Positions 50,231 to 63,394 of a stretch of 64,000 nucleotides of DNA are shown here, in pieces; position 1 is the first letter of the stretch; each line of letters opens with the position of its first letter. Source of the stretch: Felis catus (lineage: Eukaryota). A program made the translations under genes and the position numbers. A model generated the notes under the pieces. It had not been told where the DNA came from. It worked only from the letters and a program-made list of their open reading frames with translations, and made no database searches. The stretch covers positions 1,612,001 through 1,676,000 of the forward strand of contig NC_058368.1 of assembly GCF_018350175.1 (NCBI RefSeq), written 5' to 3'.

Positions 50231-51294
50231 GTAATATTTTGCACACTTTAGTAACATAGGTTTAATTTTTATGAGTTAAATATACATTCTGATTATTTCT
50301 CTCAAGACTTGTTATATTCAGTATATTAAATAGTGCTATTGTTTCACCAATTCTGTACATTACTAGATTCTCTTTTCTCCTGAGTAATCACAGTCCTCAG
50401 GCTGACCCCAGTTATTCTTAGCCAGTTACTCTTACTATTTTCTTGTAATTCGCTTCTCCTCTGCATTTGGTGCAATGTTGCAACTTTGTTTATACTACCT
50501 TTCTTTAAAAAATTGTATCTTTATGTATTTTTGTCCAGCTTCCCAATTAAATTTCAACTCCCAAAGACAAAATTGTACTTTTTTCTTCCTTCCTCCAGTA
50601 TGGTACCTAGACTCTGCCAACTATGGTTTGAAAGTTCTAATATGTATTGAACATGCAACAGGTATATTAGAAGTATATCACACAATAGAGAGCCTTTAAT
50701 TTTTTAAATTGTGGTAAAATACACATAGCATAAAATTTACCATCTTAATCATGATGCATAAGAAAGACTTCATGGTTTGGTAGTGTTAAATGCATTCACG
50801 TTTTATAACCAGTCTTCAGAACTCGTGTGTGTAGGTATTGGGTCATATGCTAAATCTATTTTTTAATTTTTTAAATTATTTTTATTTATTTATTTGTAAT
50901 TCCAGTGTAATTAATGTTATATTAGTTTCAGGTATACAATATAGCGATTCAACAATCCTGTACATTCCTCAGTGCTCACCACGATAAGTGTACTCTTAAT
51001 CCCCTTCACTTATTTCACCCCAGAACTCTTTGTATCTTCGTAATCTACATCTCTACCCATTGAACAACATTTCTCCAGGTCCTGCCCCCAGCACCAAACA
51101 CCCACCATTCTCCTTTCTGTTACTATGAATTTGCTTTATTTTCCTCATGTAAATGAAATTATAGTACACTTATAATGTCTACAAGGTCCTTCCATGTTGT
51201 AGCATGTGATAGGATTTCCTTCTTTTATAAGGCTGAATAAGATTTCATCATATGCGTGGAAGGCCCTTAATTTTTAGAAATTAGTTTAATTAAA

Positions 51295-51760
51295 AAAATT
51301 TTTTTATGTTTTTATTTTATTTTTAAGAGAGAGAGACAGAACATGAGGAGGCTAAGGAGCAGAGAGAAAGGGAGACACAGAATCCGAAGCAGGCTCCAGG
51401 CTCTGAGCTGTCAGCACAGAGTCCGATGCGGGGCTCAAACTCACAAACTGTGAGATCATGACCTGAGCCAAAGTCGGACACTCAACCGACTGAGCCACCC
51501 AGGCACCCCAGAAATTAGTTTAACTTTAAAAATTAGTTTAGGGGTGCCTGGGTGGCTCAGTTGGTTAAGCGTCTGTCCGACTCCTGATTTCAGCTCAGGT
51601 CACGATCTCACAGTTTGTTGAGATTGAGCTCCATATCAGGCTCTGCACTGACAGTACAGCTGCATGGAAGTCTTTTTCTCCCTCTCTCTGCACCTCCCCC
51701 TCTCACACATGTATTCTCTCTCTCTCTCCCCCTCTCTCTCTCACTCTCGAACTTAAAACA
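51295..51760. mobile_element. Head-to-head pair of Can-SINEs (51295-51509 minus; 51541-~51757 plus)
   Basis: Opposed heads about 30 bp apart, each with an ATTAGTTTA-containing TSD. Confidence 0.9.
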
Positions 51761-51782
51761 TTAGTTTAGCATTAAAAATAAG

Positions 51783-54700
51783 TGACTTCTTCTGGGAAGA
51801 TGAGTAGACACAGTTTTCCCTGTTATTCCCACTAAATACAAATGAAAACCTTGGAAATTATGTATAAAACAAATACAAGAAAGGTGGAGAGAAGAGGGCA
51901 GATCAGCAAAGGACCTCAGGACCTGAGGAACAACATGGCAGTGAGTCCCCTCATCTTTCCCGGACTTGTATGTGAAGAAATTGTCAGTTAGAAAACATCA
52001 GTGGGTATATTTTTAAAAACAAACAAAAAGCCCCAAGAAAAGCCCAATTTTCTAGCCAGAGGACAAGGAAAGGAATAGTCTATCGAGACTGAAAACTTTT
52101 AGACAAATACTGCGCACACAAACTACGGCCCCACTCCTGTGCCTGCCAACAAAAGTCAAGTGGGAGCCTGGCTTCCCACTCTGAAAAGGCTGTAAGGAGA
52201 CACTCCATATCCCAAAAGACCAGGTAGGGAGCCAGGACTTTAATCTCCACAGACCCTTGATGAGTCCCAGCAGTCTTTGGTGTCAGCAGATAGCACATGG
52301 GGAGCGTGGAATTCTACTCCATCAGAGTAATGAAGCACTCCTTCCCCTCTCTCTGGTATCGGAGAAAATGGTGGAGAATCAAAACTTTCATCATCACTCA
52401 GTGGTAACAAGGCCACCCCACTATGGTGTCAATAGGGACCGTGGTAGAAGCAGGAACTCCTACCCCATCCAGCAGAAACAAGGACTTCTTCCTGCCTCGA
52501 GTATCAAAAAAGGCCATGTGGGGAAACCTGGACATCTGTTATCTGGCACTCATAAGGTGGTGTCTCTTCTCCCCCCTGCTAGAGCAGTGTCAAGAAAGCA
52601 GCTAAAACAGACTTAAATAAAAATTCAGAGTATTATAATATAGAAATATCCAAGCTTTTTTTTAATGTTTTAATTTTTGAGAGAGACTGAGAGTGTGAGT
52701 AGGGGAGAGGCAGAGAGAGACAGAGGATCTGAAGCGGGCTTCGCACTGACAGCAGAGAGCCTGATGTGGGGCTCGAACTCACAAAGCACAAGATCGTAAC
52801 TTGAGCCAAAGTTGGACACTTACCTGACTGAGCCACCCATGCGCTCCATGTAATGTCCAAGTTTTGATCAAGAATCACTCATCATAAGGAAGTAGGATGA
52901 TTTCAAACCAAATGAATGAAAAATCTAATCAATAGATGCCAACATTATTAGACAAAGATGTTAGAATTATCTGGCAAAGCAAACGTGATACAAATGCTTC
53001 TGCAAGCAACTATGAGCATGCTTAAAGCAAATTTAAAAGTAAAAACCCTCAGAAAAGAAGTCTCTGCAAATATAAAGAAGCACCAAATGGAAAATTTTAA
53101 CTTTTTTGAAAAATACAATAATTCAAATAAAAAGCCTGGTGGATGGGCTCCACAGGAAAATAAAAGGGAAATGGAAAGATTCAGTGAACTGGAAGATGAA
53201 AAATGGAAATTACCCAGTCTGAACAACAGAGAGAAAATAGACTAAAAACCAGAAATGAAGAGAGCCTAAGTGACATTTGGGACTATAACAAAAGACCTGC
53301 CATTCGCATTATCTGTGTCTTGGATGGAGAGGAGAAAGAGATTGGACTAAAGAAATAGTGGCTGATAAAATTCCCCAAATTTGATGAGAGAAATAAATAT
53401 ACAATACAAAAAAATGATTAATACCAAAAAGAGTAAACCCAAGGAAATCCATGTGAAGATACATTATGATTAAACTTCTGAAAATTAAAAAGGCTTGAAA
53501 GAAGACAAAAACAACACATAAGGGAAAGCAATTAGAATGATAGTGGAAAAGCCTTAAATTAATACTCTAAGCTGTCAGATTAATAAACTAGAAAAAGAAA
53601 AGCAAAATCAGCCAAAGGAAGAAATAATAACAGAAATCATTAACATTGAAAAAAAGAAATACCAATGAAACACAGAGCTGATTCTTTGAATAGATCAATA
53701 AAATTGAGAAACTTACAGCAAAACTGACAAAAAATAGAGAAGACACAAATTACCAGTATCAGGAACAAAACAGGATCTATCTCTACAGACTTAGCAGACA
53801 TCAAAAAAGATAATAAGGGAATGCTACAAGCAACCCTGTACCCATAAAGTTGACAGCTTGGACAGAATGGGACCACTCTCTGGAAAAACACAAATGACCA
53901 CAACTCACCTAATGTGATTTAATTTGTAATTTTGAAACACCCCAAAAAGAGATCTCCAGGCCCATATGGTTTTACTAGGGAGTTCTAGGAATTAACATCA
54001 GTTCTATACAGTTTATTCCAGAAGATAGTTCATTTTATGGAGCTAGTATTCCACTGATACCAAAATAAGACAAAAAGAAAGAAAGAAACAAACAAACAAC
54101 AGATCTAAAAAACAATGAGTATAATAAAGGATATCAATAGAATAGAGGACAAAACCACATCATCATCTCAGTTTAAACCAAAGAAAAAGATCAAGTGGGA
54201 TTTATTCCTGGGCTACAGGGCTGGTTCAATATTTGCAAATCAATCAATGTGATATACCACATTAATAAAAGAAAGGATAAGAACCGTATGATCCTCTCAG
54301 TAGATGCAGAAAAAGCATTTGACAAAATACAGCATCCATTCTGGATAAAAACCCTCAAGAAGGTAGGGATAGAAGGAATATATCTCAACATTCTAAAGCC
54401 TATATATGAAAGACCCTCAGATATTATCCTCAGTAGGGAAGAACTGATAGCTTCCCCCCTCAGGTCAGGAACACAACAAGGATGTCCGCTGTCACCACTG
54501 TTGTTCAACATAGTCCTGGAAGTCCTAGCCTCGGCAATCAGACAACAAAAAGAAAAGGCATACAAATCGGCAAGAAAGAAGTCAAACTTTCACTCTTGAC
54601 AGATGACATGATACTCTATGTGGAAAACCCAAAAGACTCCTAGAATTGAGACATGAATTCAGCAAAATTGCAGAATATAAAATCAACGTACGAAAATCAG

Positions 54701-57700
54701 TTGCATTTCTGTACACCAATAATGAAGCAGCAGAAAGAGAAACCAAGGAATCGATCCCATTTACAATTGCACCAAAAGCCATAGAATACCTAGGAATAAA
54801 CCTAACCAAAGAGGTAAAAGATCTGCACACTAAAAACTATAGAAAGCTTGTATAAGAAATTAAAGAAGACACAAAGAAATGGAGAAACATCCCATGCTCG
54901 TGGATTGGAAGAACAAATATTGTTACATTGTCTATACTACCAAATGCAATCTACACACTCAATGCAATCCCTATCACAGAAACACCAGCATTCTTCATGT
55001 AGCTAGAACAAACCTAAAATTTGTATGGAACCAAAAAAGACACCAAATAGCCAAAGTTATGTTGAAAAAGAAAACGCAAACTGGAGGCATCACAATTCTG
55101 GACTTCAGATTGCATTACAAACCTGTAATCGTCAAGACAGTATGGTACTGGCACAAAAACAGATGCATATAGGTCAGTGGAACAGAATAGAGAACCCAGA
55201 AATGGACCACAATGTATGGCCAATTAATCTTTGACAAAGCAGGAAAGAATATCCAGTGGAGTATTTTCAGCAAATGATGTTGGGAAAACTGGACAGCGAC
55301 CTGCAGAAGAATGAATCTGGACCACTTTCTTGCACCATAGACAAAAATAAATTTAAAATGGACGAAAGACCTAAATGTGAGACAGGAAACCATCAAAATC
55401 CTACAGGAGAAAACAAGGCAACAACCTCTTTGACTTTGGCTGCAGCAACTTCTACTAGACCTGTCTCTGGAGGCAAGGGAAAATGAACTACTGGGACCTC
55501 ATCAAGATAAAAAGCTTCTGGAGGTGCCTGGGTGGCTCATTCAGTTAAACATCCGACTCTTGGTTTCTGCTCAGGTCATGATCTCACAGTTGTGAGCCTT
55601 ACATTGGATGCTGTGCTGACAGCACTGAGCCTGCTTGGGATTCTCTCTCTTTCTCTCTGCCTCTCCTCCACATGTGTACAAACTCTCTCTTCAAATAAAT
55701 TTTCAAAAAGTTAAAAAAGCTTCTGCACAGTGAAGGAAACCAACAAAACTAAAAGGCAACTGACGGAATGGGAGAAGATATTAGCAAGAATATGGGAGAA
55801 GATATTAGACACACCAGATACAGGGTTAGTATCAAAAATCTATAAAGAACTTACCAAACTCAACACCCAAAAAACAAATAATCCTGTCAAGAAATGAACC
55901 AAAGACACGAATGAACACTTTACCAAAGAAGACGTCCAGATGGCTAGCAAACACATGAAAAGATACTCAAGATCATTCATCATCAGGGAAACACAAATCA
56001 AAACCCCAATGAGATGCCACCTCACACCTGTGAGAATGGCTAAAATTAACTCAGGAAATAACAGATGTTGGTGAGGATGCAGAGAAAGGGGAACACTTTT
56101 GTGCTGTTGGTGGGAATGCAAATTGGTGCAGCCACTCTGGAAAGCAGTATGGAGGTTCCTCAAAAAATGTGAAGTAGAACTGCCCCTTAGGGTAGCAATT
56201 GCACTACTAGGCATTTATCTAAAGGATACAGAAATGCTGATTTGAAGGGGCACCTGCACCCCAGTGTTTATAGCAGTGCTATCAACAATTAGCCAAATTA
56301 TGGAAAGAACCCAGTGTTTATCGACTGAAGAACAGATAAAGAAGATAAAAAAAGAATGAAATCTTGCCATTTGCAGCAATGTGGATGGAACTAGAGTGTA
56401 TTACGCCAAGCAAAATAAGTCAGTCAGAGAAAGACAAATACGATTTCATTCGTGTGGAATTTAGGAAATAAAACAGGTAAACATAGGTGAAGGGAAGGAA
56501 AGATAAAAACAGAGAAGCGCCTGGGTGGCTCAGTCGGTTGAGCATCCGACTCTTGATTTCCACTCGGGTTATGATCTCATGGCTTGTGAGTTCAAGCCCT
56601 TCATTGGGAATCCCTGCTTGGGATTCTCTCCTCCCTCTTGCTGCCTGTCCCCTGCTTGTGCATGTGCTCTCGCTCTCTCGCTGTCTCAAAAGAAATAAAC
56701 TTAAAAAAAAAAACACAGGAGGAGGCAAACCTTTAGAGACTCTTAAAAACAAACTGAGGGTTGCTAGAGGGTGGGTGGGGGGGCTGGGCTAAATGGGTGA
56801 TGGGCATTAAGGAGGACATTTGTTTGGATGAGTACTGGGTGTCGTATGTAAGTGATGAATCACAAAATTCTACTCCTGAAACCAATACTACACGGTATGT
56901 TAACTAACTTGAATTTAAATAAATAAATTTTAAAAATGTTTTTGATAAAATCTAGTGTGCTTTGATGCTAAACAAACAAAACAAACCTCAAGAGGCTAGA
57001 AGTAGAAAGGAAGTTCCTCAATCTGATAAAGGACATTTACAAATAACCCACAGTTTGACATAATATTTAATGGTGAAAGACTAAATGCTTTCCCCCTTAG
57101 ATCAGAAACAAGATAAGGAAACAGAAACAAGATATTATTCACTCTTACCAATTCTATTCAACATCGCACTAGGGGTTCTAACTATGGAAATTAGGCAAGA
57201 AAATGAAGTAAGAGACATCCAGATTGGAAAGAAAAGTAAAACTATGTCTGTTTAGAGACCACATGATCTTATACATGCAATATCCTACATAAAATTTTAG
57301 AATCCACTAAAAAACAATTACAACTAGTAGGTTCAGCAAGCTTGCAGAGTAAGAGATCAAAATATAAGCATCAATACTACATTGATGTACGATATACTAC
57401 CAGTGAAGTATCCAAAATTAAACTCGTCATTGCATTTACAGTAGCATAAAAATAATTAGGAATAATATTAACAAATGAAATGTAAAATTTATGCTCTGAA
57501 AACTATAAGACATTGTTGAAGGATATGCTAGGTCAATGGGAAGACTCCCATTTTTGTGGGGAGGCACTTAATGTTATGATGGCAGTCCTCCCCAAATTAT
57601 TTTATAGATGCAGTGTCATCCATAGCAAAATCCGAGCATTGGTTTTTAGAAAGTGACAAGTTGATCCTAAAACTCATATGGAAATATAACGGATCCAAAC

Positions 57701-58920
57701 TAGCCAAAACAGGTTGAAAAATGAAGAGCCAAGTTGGAGGGCTTATACTACAAAGCTACCCCAATCAAGCGTGGTAGCACTTTATGCTAGTTAGCGTAAA
57801 GATAGACATAGAAATCAGGATAGAATTGAGAGTCCAGAAATAAGCTCTTGTATTTATAATTAACAAAAGTGCCAGGACAATTCGATGGGGGAAAAGATAG
57901 TCTTTCCAACGAATGGTGCTGGGACAATTGAATATCCTCATGGGAGAGAATGAAGTTGTGCCTCTCTCACACCATACACAAAAATTACTTTAAAATAGAT
58001 CATAGACCTAACTATAAGAGCTAGAACTGTTAGGAAAAAACAAGTAATTATTGATCTTGTGTTAGGCAGTGACTTCTTAGATACGACACCAAAAGCACAC
58101 CAAAAGGAAAAAAAATAGGTAAATTGGACTTCATCACAATTAAAACTTTTGTTCTTCAATGGACACCATCAAGAAAGTGAAAGACAGCCCACTGAATGGG
58201 AGAAAATTTTTGCAAACCATCTATCCAAGAAGGGACTTATTTCTCCAATATAAAAAGAACTCTTCTAACTCAATAATAAAAAGGCCAATAACCCAATTAA
58301 AAACATACAAAGGATCTGAGTAGACATTTCTTCAAACTAGGTATGCAAATGCCCAGTAAGCACTTGAAAAGATGTGTTAATTTCTATACTTAGGAAAATG
58401 CAATTCAAAACCTCAACCAGGTACCAATTCATACCCACTTGTATGACTGTAATCAAAAGACAGATAATAGCACATGTTGGTGAGGATGTGGAGAAATCGA
58501 AATCTTGCATGCTGGTGGCAGGAATGTAAAATGCTACAGCCGCTTTGGAAAACAGTTTGGAAGTTCCTGCAAAGGTTCTTCAGCAAAAGTTCCTCATACT
58601 TAACCCAACAGTTTCTCTTCTTAGGTGATTAGAGCATACATTCACACAGTAACTTCACACAAATGTTTATAGAAGCAGCATTTATAATATCCAAAAAGCA
58701 GAAACAACCCAACGTCCACAACTGTTAAGTGGATAAAGAATATATAGTCTATCCATACAATGGAATATTATTTGGCCACAAAAAGAAATGAAGGACCAAT
58801 ACATGCTACAATAAACACGAACCCTGAAAACATGATAAATAAAGGAGGCAGTCACAAAAGACTGTATATCTATGATTCCATTTATATGAAAGGTACAGAT
58901 TAGACAAATCTATGGAGACA
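51783..58920 (+). mobile_element. Large old L1 (5' region, ORF1 and ORF2 remnants, 3' UTR) with a nested younger carnivore L1 (~54190-56930) and SINEs (~52655-52847, 55520-55710, 56515-56712)
   Basis: ORF1-like remnant at ~52950-53500; RT fragments [15 protein letters not shown]...[21 protein letters not shown]; a second RT/3' region resumes at ~56940. Confidence 0.82.
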
Positions 58921-59088
58921 TGTAGTAATTCAGTTTTACCATTTACCATACACACTCTTCTTCAGTGGTCATTTTTACCCTCTCATGTCCATGGACAGTG
59001 CAGTTATATAGCTTCAGCTGCAGAGCTTTGTGCTCCTCCAGTGTTTCTTTCTGATTTGTCGGCATGCACTGAAAAAAAAGAAAGAGTT

Positions 59089-59317
59089 GGGGCACCTGGG
59101 TGGCTCAGTCGGTTGAGCGTCCGACTTCGGCTCAGGTCATGATCTCACGGCTCGTGAGTTGGAGCCCTGCGTCGGGCTCTGTGCTGACAGCTCAGAGTCT
59201 GGAGCCTGCTTCGGATTCTGTGTCTCCCTCTCTGCCCCTTCCCCACTCATGCTCTGTCTCTCTTTCTCTCAAAAATAAATAAACATTCAAAAAAATTTTT
59301 TTTAATTAAAAAAAAAG
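59089..59317 (+). mobile_element. Can-SINE
   Basis: tRNA-derived head, CT tract, A-tail. Confidence 0.9.
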
Positions 59318-59527
59318 TTAAATTTGGTCCAGAAGGCAGTCATGTCTTGCTAATCCCATTTCCTAGCCATGGTTGTCAACCTGACTTATGGACAGATTTC
59401 TAGTGTAGCTGTCCATCTAGTAGACTTTGATGGTATGTTAGCTTTGACAGACAATGTTTATGCTTAAAAAAATCCAAGCTCTCTATACCATGTTTCTAAA
59501 CAATACTTTTTTGTTTCTTTGATACAG

Positions 59528-59614
59528 GAAAGCTATGGCAGAAAAATACATCATGACAGCTGCAAAACTCATTGCTCCTGTAATTGAAACATCTTTTGCC
59601 GTAGGTTATGATTG
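59528..59614 (+). CDS. IFT88: IFT88 coding exon 13: (R)KAMAEKYIMTAAKLIAPVIETSFAVGYD(W); gene continues beyond the window
   Basis: tttgatacag|G...TG|gtaaga; 87 nt, phase 2-2. Confidence 0.96.
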
Positions 59615-60249
59615 GTAAGAGAGAAGAAATTCAGTATAACTGGATGCTATGTTGTTTTTATAATACATACTTTTATTGATTTTAAAATTTTATTAGAAGG
59701 GTGAGTAATTATGAATGTTTATTTCTACTTATCAGGCAAATAATATTATATGACAAAATCTATATAGGGCATCCTAAAAGTAAAAGTTTTCCTTATTGTG
59801 CATGCCATTTCTTAAGTAAAACTTTCTATCCTGAGGAATAGCTCTCACATGTAAAGGGGCTGTTGTCTCCTGGTGTAACCTGTTTTGTAAATAGAAGTGA
59901 AGAGTTGGAAAAGTCTTAGATCATTTGCTGAATAAGTAGTGAATCTTCCACCCAGTACAAGAATCCCTTTGTAGCATCCCATATAGGTAGCCATTTAATC
60001 TCTGCTTGGAGTCTTCTGGTATTCAACTCATTTGTTTCATTTCTGAACATCTTTAAGGGGTAGAACATCTTTCTTTTGAACCCAAAGTTACCTCTCATGG
60101 AACTTTTTTCTGTGTTCTTTCAAGCAATCATGGACTCAGTCTGTGACCTCTTCTATATTGTGTCTTAGAGAATTTTAAAAATTCAAGATACATGTACCTA
60201 ATTACAGAGTCGAGTACAGAAGTATTACTGTCTTAGCTTGCTTGCTTTC

Positions 60250-63200
60250 TGTTTTTGTTTTATTTTAATTGAGATATAATTTACATGTAACATTACATCA
60301 GTTTCAGGTATATAACATAATGATTTGAAATTTGTGTGTATTGCAAAATGATCACAATAAGTCTGGTTAACATTTGTCATTGTACATAGTTATGATTTTT
60401 TTTCTTACGATGAGAACTTTTGAGATCTTAGTAACTTTCAAACATGCAGTACTGTATTATTAACCATGATCACTATGCTATGTGTTATATCCCATGTCTT
60501 ACTTTATCTTATAAACTAGAAATTTGTACCTGTTGAGCCCCTTCATCCATTTCACACTCTTCCTACTTCCACCCTGGCAACCACCAGACTGTTCTCTGTA
60601 TCTGTGAGCTTGGGTTTTGTTTTTTAGTTTTCTAATTACTTTTCATGTTTTTCCTTCCTAGATGTAACTTATGTTTTCTGCATATTTTTATCATCTCTTA
60701 GATGTTTACCCATTCTGTTTCTTACTTGGAGTCCATTTGATTCCTTGGAATACATTGTCTTCCTGGTTTAATTTGTACTGGAGGCTTCACAGGTGATCCA
60801 TGATGTTTTGTTTTTATTGGTATTTCCAGTTGCCTGGCTCTCTTTTTTTGCATTGTTTGTTTCTGTTGAGGACTCAGGTTTTTCTTGGGAGTTCTCCCTT
60901 ACAGAATCTCTCTCTCTCTGCTCCATTTTCTTTTTTTTTTTTTTTTTTTTATTTAAAAAAAATTTTTTTTTTTTGTCAACGTTTATTTATTTTTGGGACA
61001 GAGAGAGACAGAGCATGAACAGGGGAGGGGCAGAGAGAGAGGGAGACACAGAATCGGAAACAGGCTCCAGGCTCCGAGCCATCAGCCCAGAGCCTGACGC
61101 GGGGCTCGAACTCCCAGACCGCGAGATCGTGACCTGGCTGAAGTCGGACGCTTAACCGACTGTGCCACCCAGGCGCCCCATCTGCTCCATTTTCTGTATG
61201 ATGGTTACTGTCCTGGCCTGGTGTTAAATGTCATCTTGGGGATTATGGTCATTTCTCTCTGCTTTTTCTGCATCTATTGAAATGATTGCATGGTTTTTAT
61301 CCTTTCTCTTTTTGATGTGATGTATCATGTTGATTGATTTGCGAATATTGAACCATCCTTGCAACCCAGGAATACATTCCACTTGAACATGGTGAATGAT
61401 TTTTTTTTAATGTTTGTTTATTTTTGAGAGAGAGAGAGAGGGAGAGAGAGAGAGAGAGAGAGAGACAGAGGGCGAGCAGGGGAGGGGCAGAGAGAAAGGG
61501 AGGCACAGAATCTGAAGCAGGCTCCAGGCTCCGAGCTGTGGGCACAGAGCCCATTGTGGGTCTTGAACCCACGAACTTCAAGATCATGACCTGAACTGAA
61601 GTCAGACTCTTAGCTGAGCCACCCAGGCATCCTAAATGATTTTTTACTGTGTTGTTGGATTGGGTTTGCTAATATCTTGCTGAAGATTTTTGCATCTATA
61701 TTCATCAGAGGTATCAGCCTGTACTTCTCTTTTTTTGTGATGTCTTTATCTCGTTTTGATATCAGGGTAATGCAGACCTCATAGAACAAATTTGGAAATT
61801 TTCCTTCATCTTCTATTTTTTGGAATAGATGTTGGTGATAAGGATAGATATTAACTCTTCTTTAAATGTTTGGTAGAATTCACCCGTGAAGCCATCTGGT
61901 CCAGAACCTTTGTTTGTTGGGAGTTTTTTGATTACTGATTCAATTTTGTTTGCTGGTAATTGGGCTGTTCAAATTTTGTTTCTTCCTGATTCAGTTTTGG
62001 GAGGTGCAGGTTTCTATGAATTTATCCATTTCTTTTAGGTTGTCCAACTCGTTGGCATATGATTTTTCATAATATTGTCTTAATCCTTTGTAGTTCTGTG
62101 GTGTTGGGTTGTTATTTCTCCTTTTTTCATTTCTGAATTTGTTTGAGTACTCTTTTTTTTTTTTCCTTAGGAGTCTGGCTAAAGGTTTATCAGTTTTATT
62201 GATCTTTTCAAAGAACTAGCTCCTAGTTTCATTGAACTGTTCTATTGTTTGTGTGTGTGTGTGTGTGCATTTTTTTGTTTTGTTTTTTTTTTTTTTAGTT
62301 TCTATTTCATTTATTTCTGCTCTAACCTTTATTATTTCCTTTCTTCTACTGGTTTTGGGTGTTGTTTGTTGTTCTTTTTTTTGGCTCCTTTAGGTGTAAG
62401 GTTAGGTTGTTTATTTGAGATTTTTCTTCAGGTAGGTCTGTATTCCTATAAACTTCCCTTTATAAACTTCTGTTGCTTCATCCCAAAAATTTTGGATCAT
62501 TTTGTTTTTATTTTTATTTATCTCCCTGTAGTTTTTGATTTCCTCTTTGATTTCTTGTTTGACCTATTCACTGTTTAGTAGCATGTTATTTAACCTGCAT
62601 GTATTTGTGTTCTTTCCAGATTTTTTTTCTTGTGGTTGATTTCTAATTTCATAGCACTGTGGTCAGAAAAGATGCATGGAATGACTTTGATCTTTTTGCA
62701 TTTGTGGAGACCTGTTTTATGGCGTAATATGTGATCTGTTGTGGAATATGTTCCATGTCACTTGAAAAGAATGTGTGTTCTGCTGTTTTAGGATGAATAT
62801 GTCTGTTAAGTCCATCTGGTCCAGTGTGTCATTCAAAGCCATTGTTTCCTTGTTGATTTTCTGTTTAGATGATCTGTCTGTTGATGTAATTACTATCAAT
62901 TATTTCTTTTTTATGTTTGTTATTAACTGTTTTATGTATTTGGGTACTTCTACGTTGGGTGCCTAAATATTTACAATTGTTATATCTTCTTTTTTTTTTA
63001 ATTTTTTTGTAATGTTTATTTATTTTTGAGACAGAGAGAGACAGAACATGAATGAGGGAGGGTCAGAGAGAGAGGGAGGCACAGAATCTGAAGCAGGCCC
63101 CAGGCTCTGAGCTGTCAGCACAGAGCCTGACACGGGGCTCGAACTCACCGACCATGAGATCATGACCTGAGCCGAAGTCGGTCGCTTAACCGACTGAGCC

Positions 63201-63393
63201 ACCCAGGAGCCCCTACAATTGTTATATCTTCTTATTGGATTGTCCCCTTATTGATTATTTAGTGTACTTGTTTGTGTTATGTTACAATCTTTGTTTTAAA
63301 ATCTGTTTTGTCCGATATAAATAGTATTGCTATCCCGGCTTTCTTTTCACATCTATTTGAGTGGTAAATGCTTCTTCTCTATCTCTTCACTTT
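60250..63393 (-). mobile_element. Antisense L1 fragments (3' end ~60250-60630; ORF2 RT/EN region ~61260-63393) with SINEs at ~60925-61179, 61400-61632 and 62988-63213
   Basis: ORF2 EN remnants (DRSSKQKINKETMALNDTLDQMDLTDI) on the minus strand; three reverse SINE heads. Confidence 0.85.
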
Positions 63394-63394
63394 C

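Noticed and set aside
2102..63213. Recurrent ORFs such as MAQSVKRPTSAQVMIS... and tRNA-like A/B boxes
   Set aside because: These are translations and internal promoters of tRNA-derived Can-SINEs, not genes or tRNAs.
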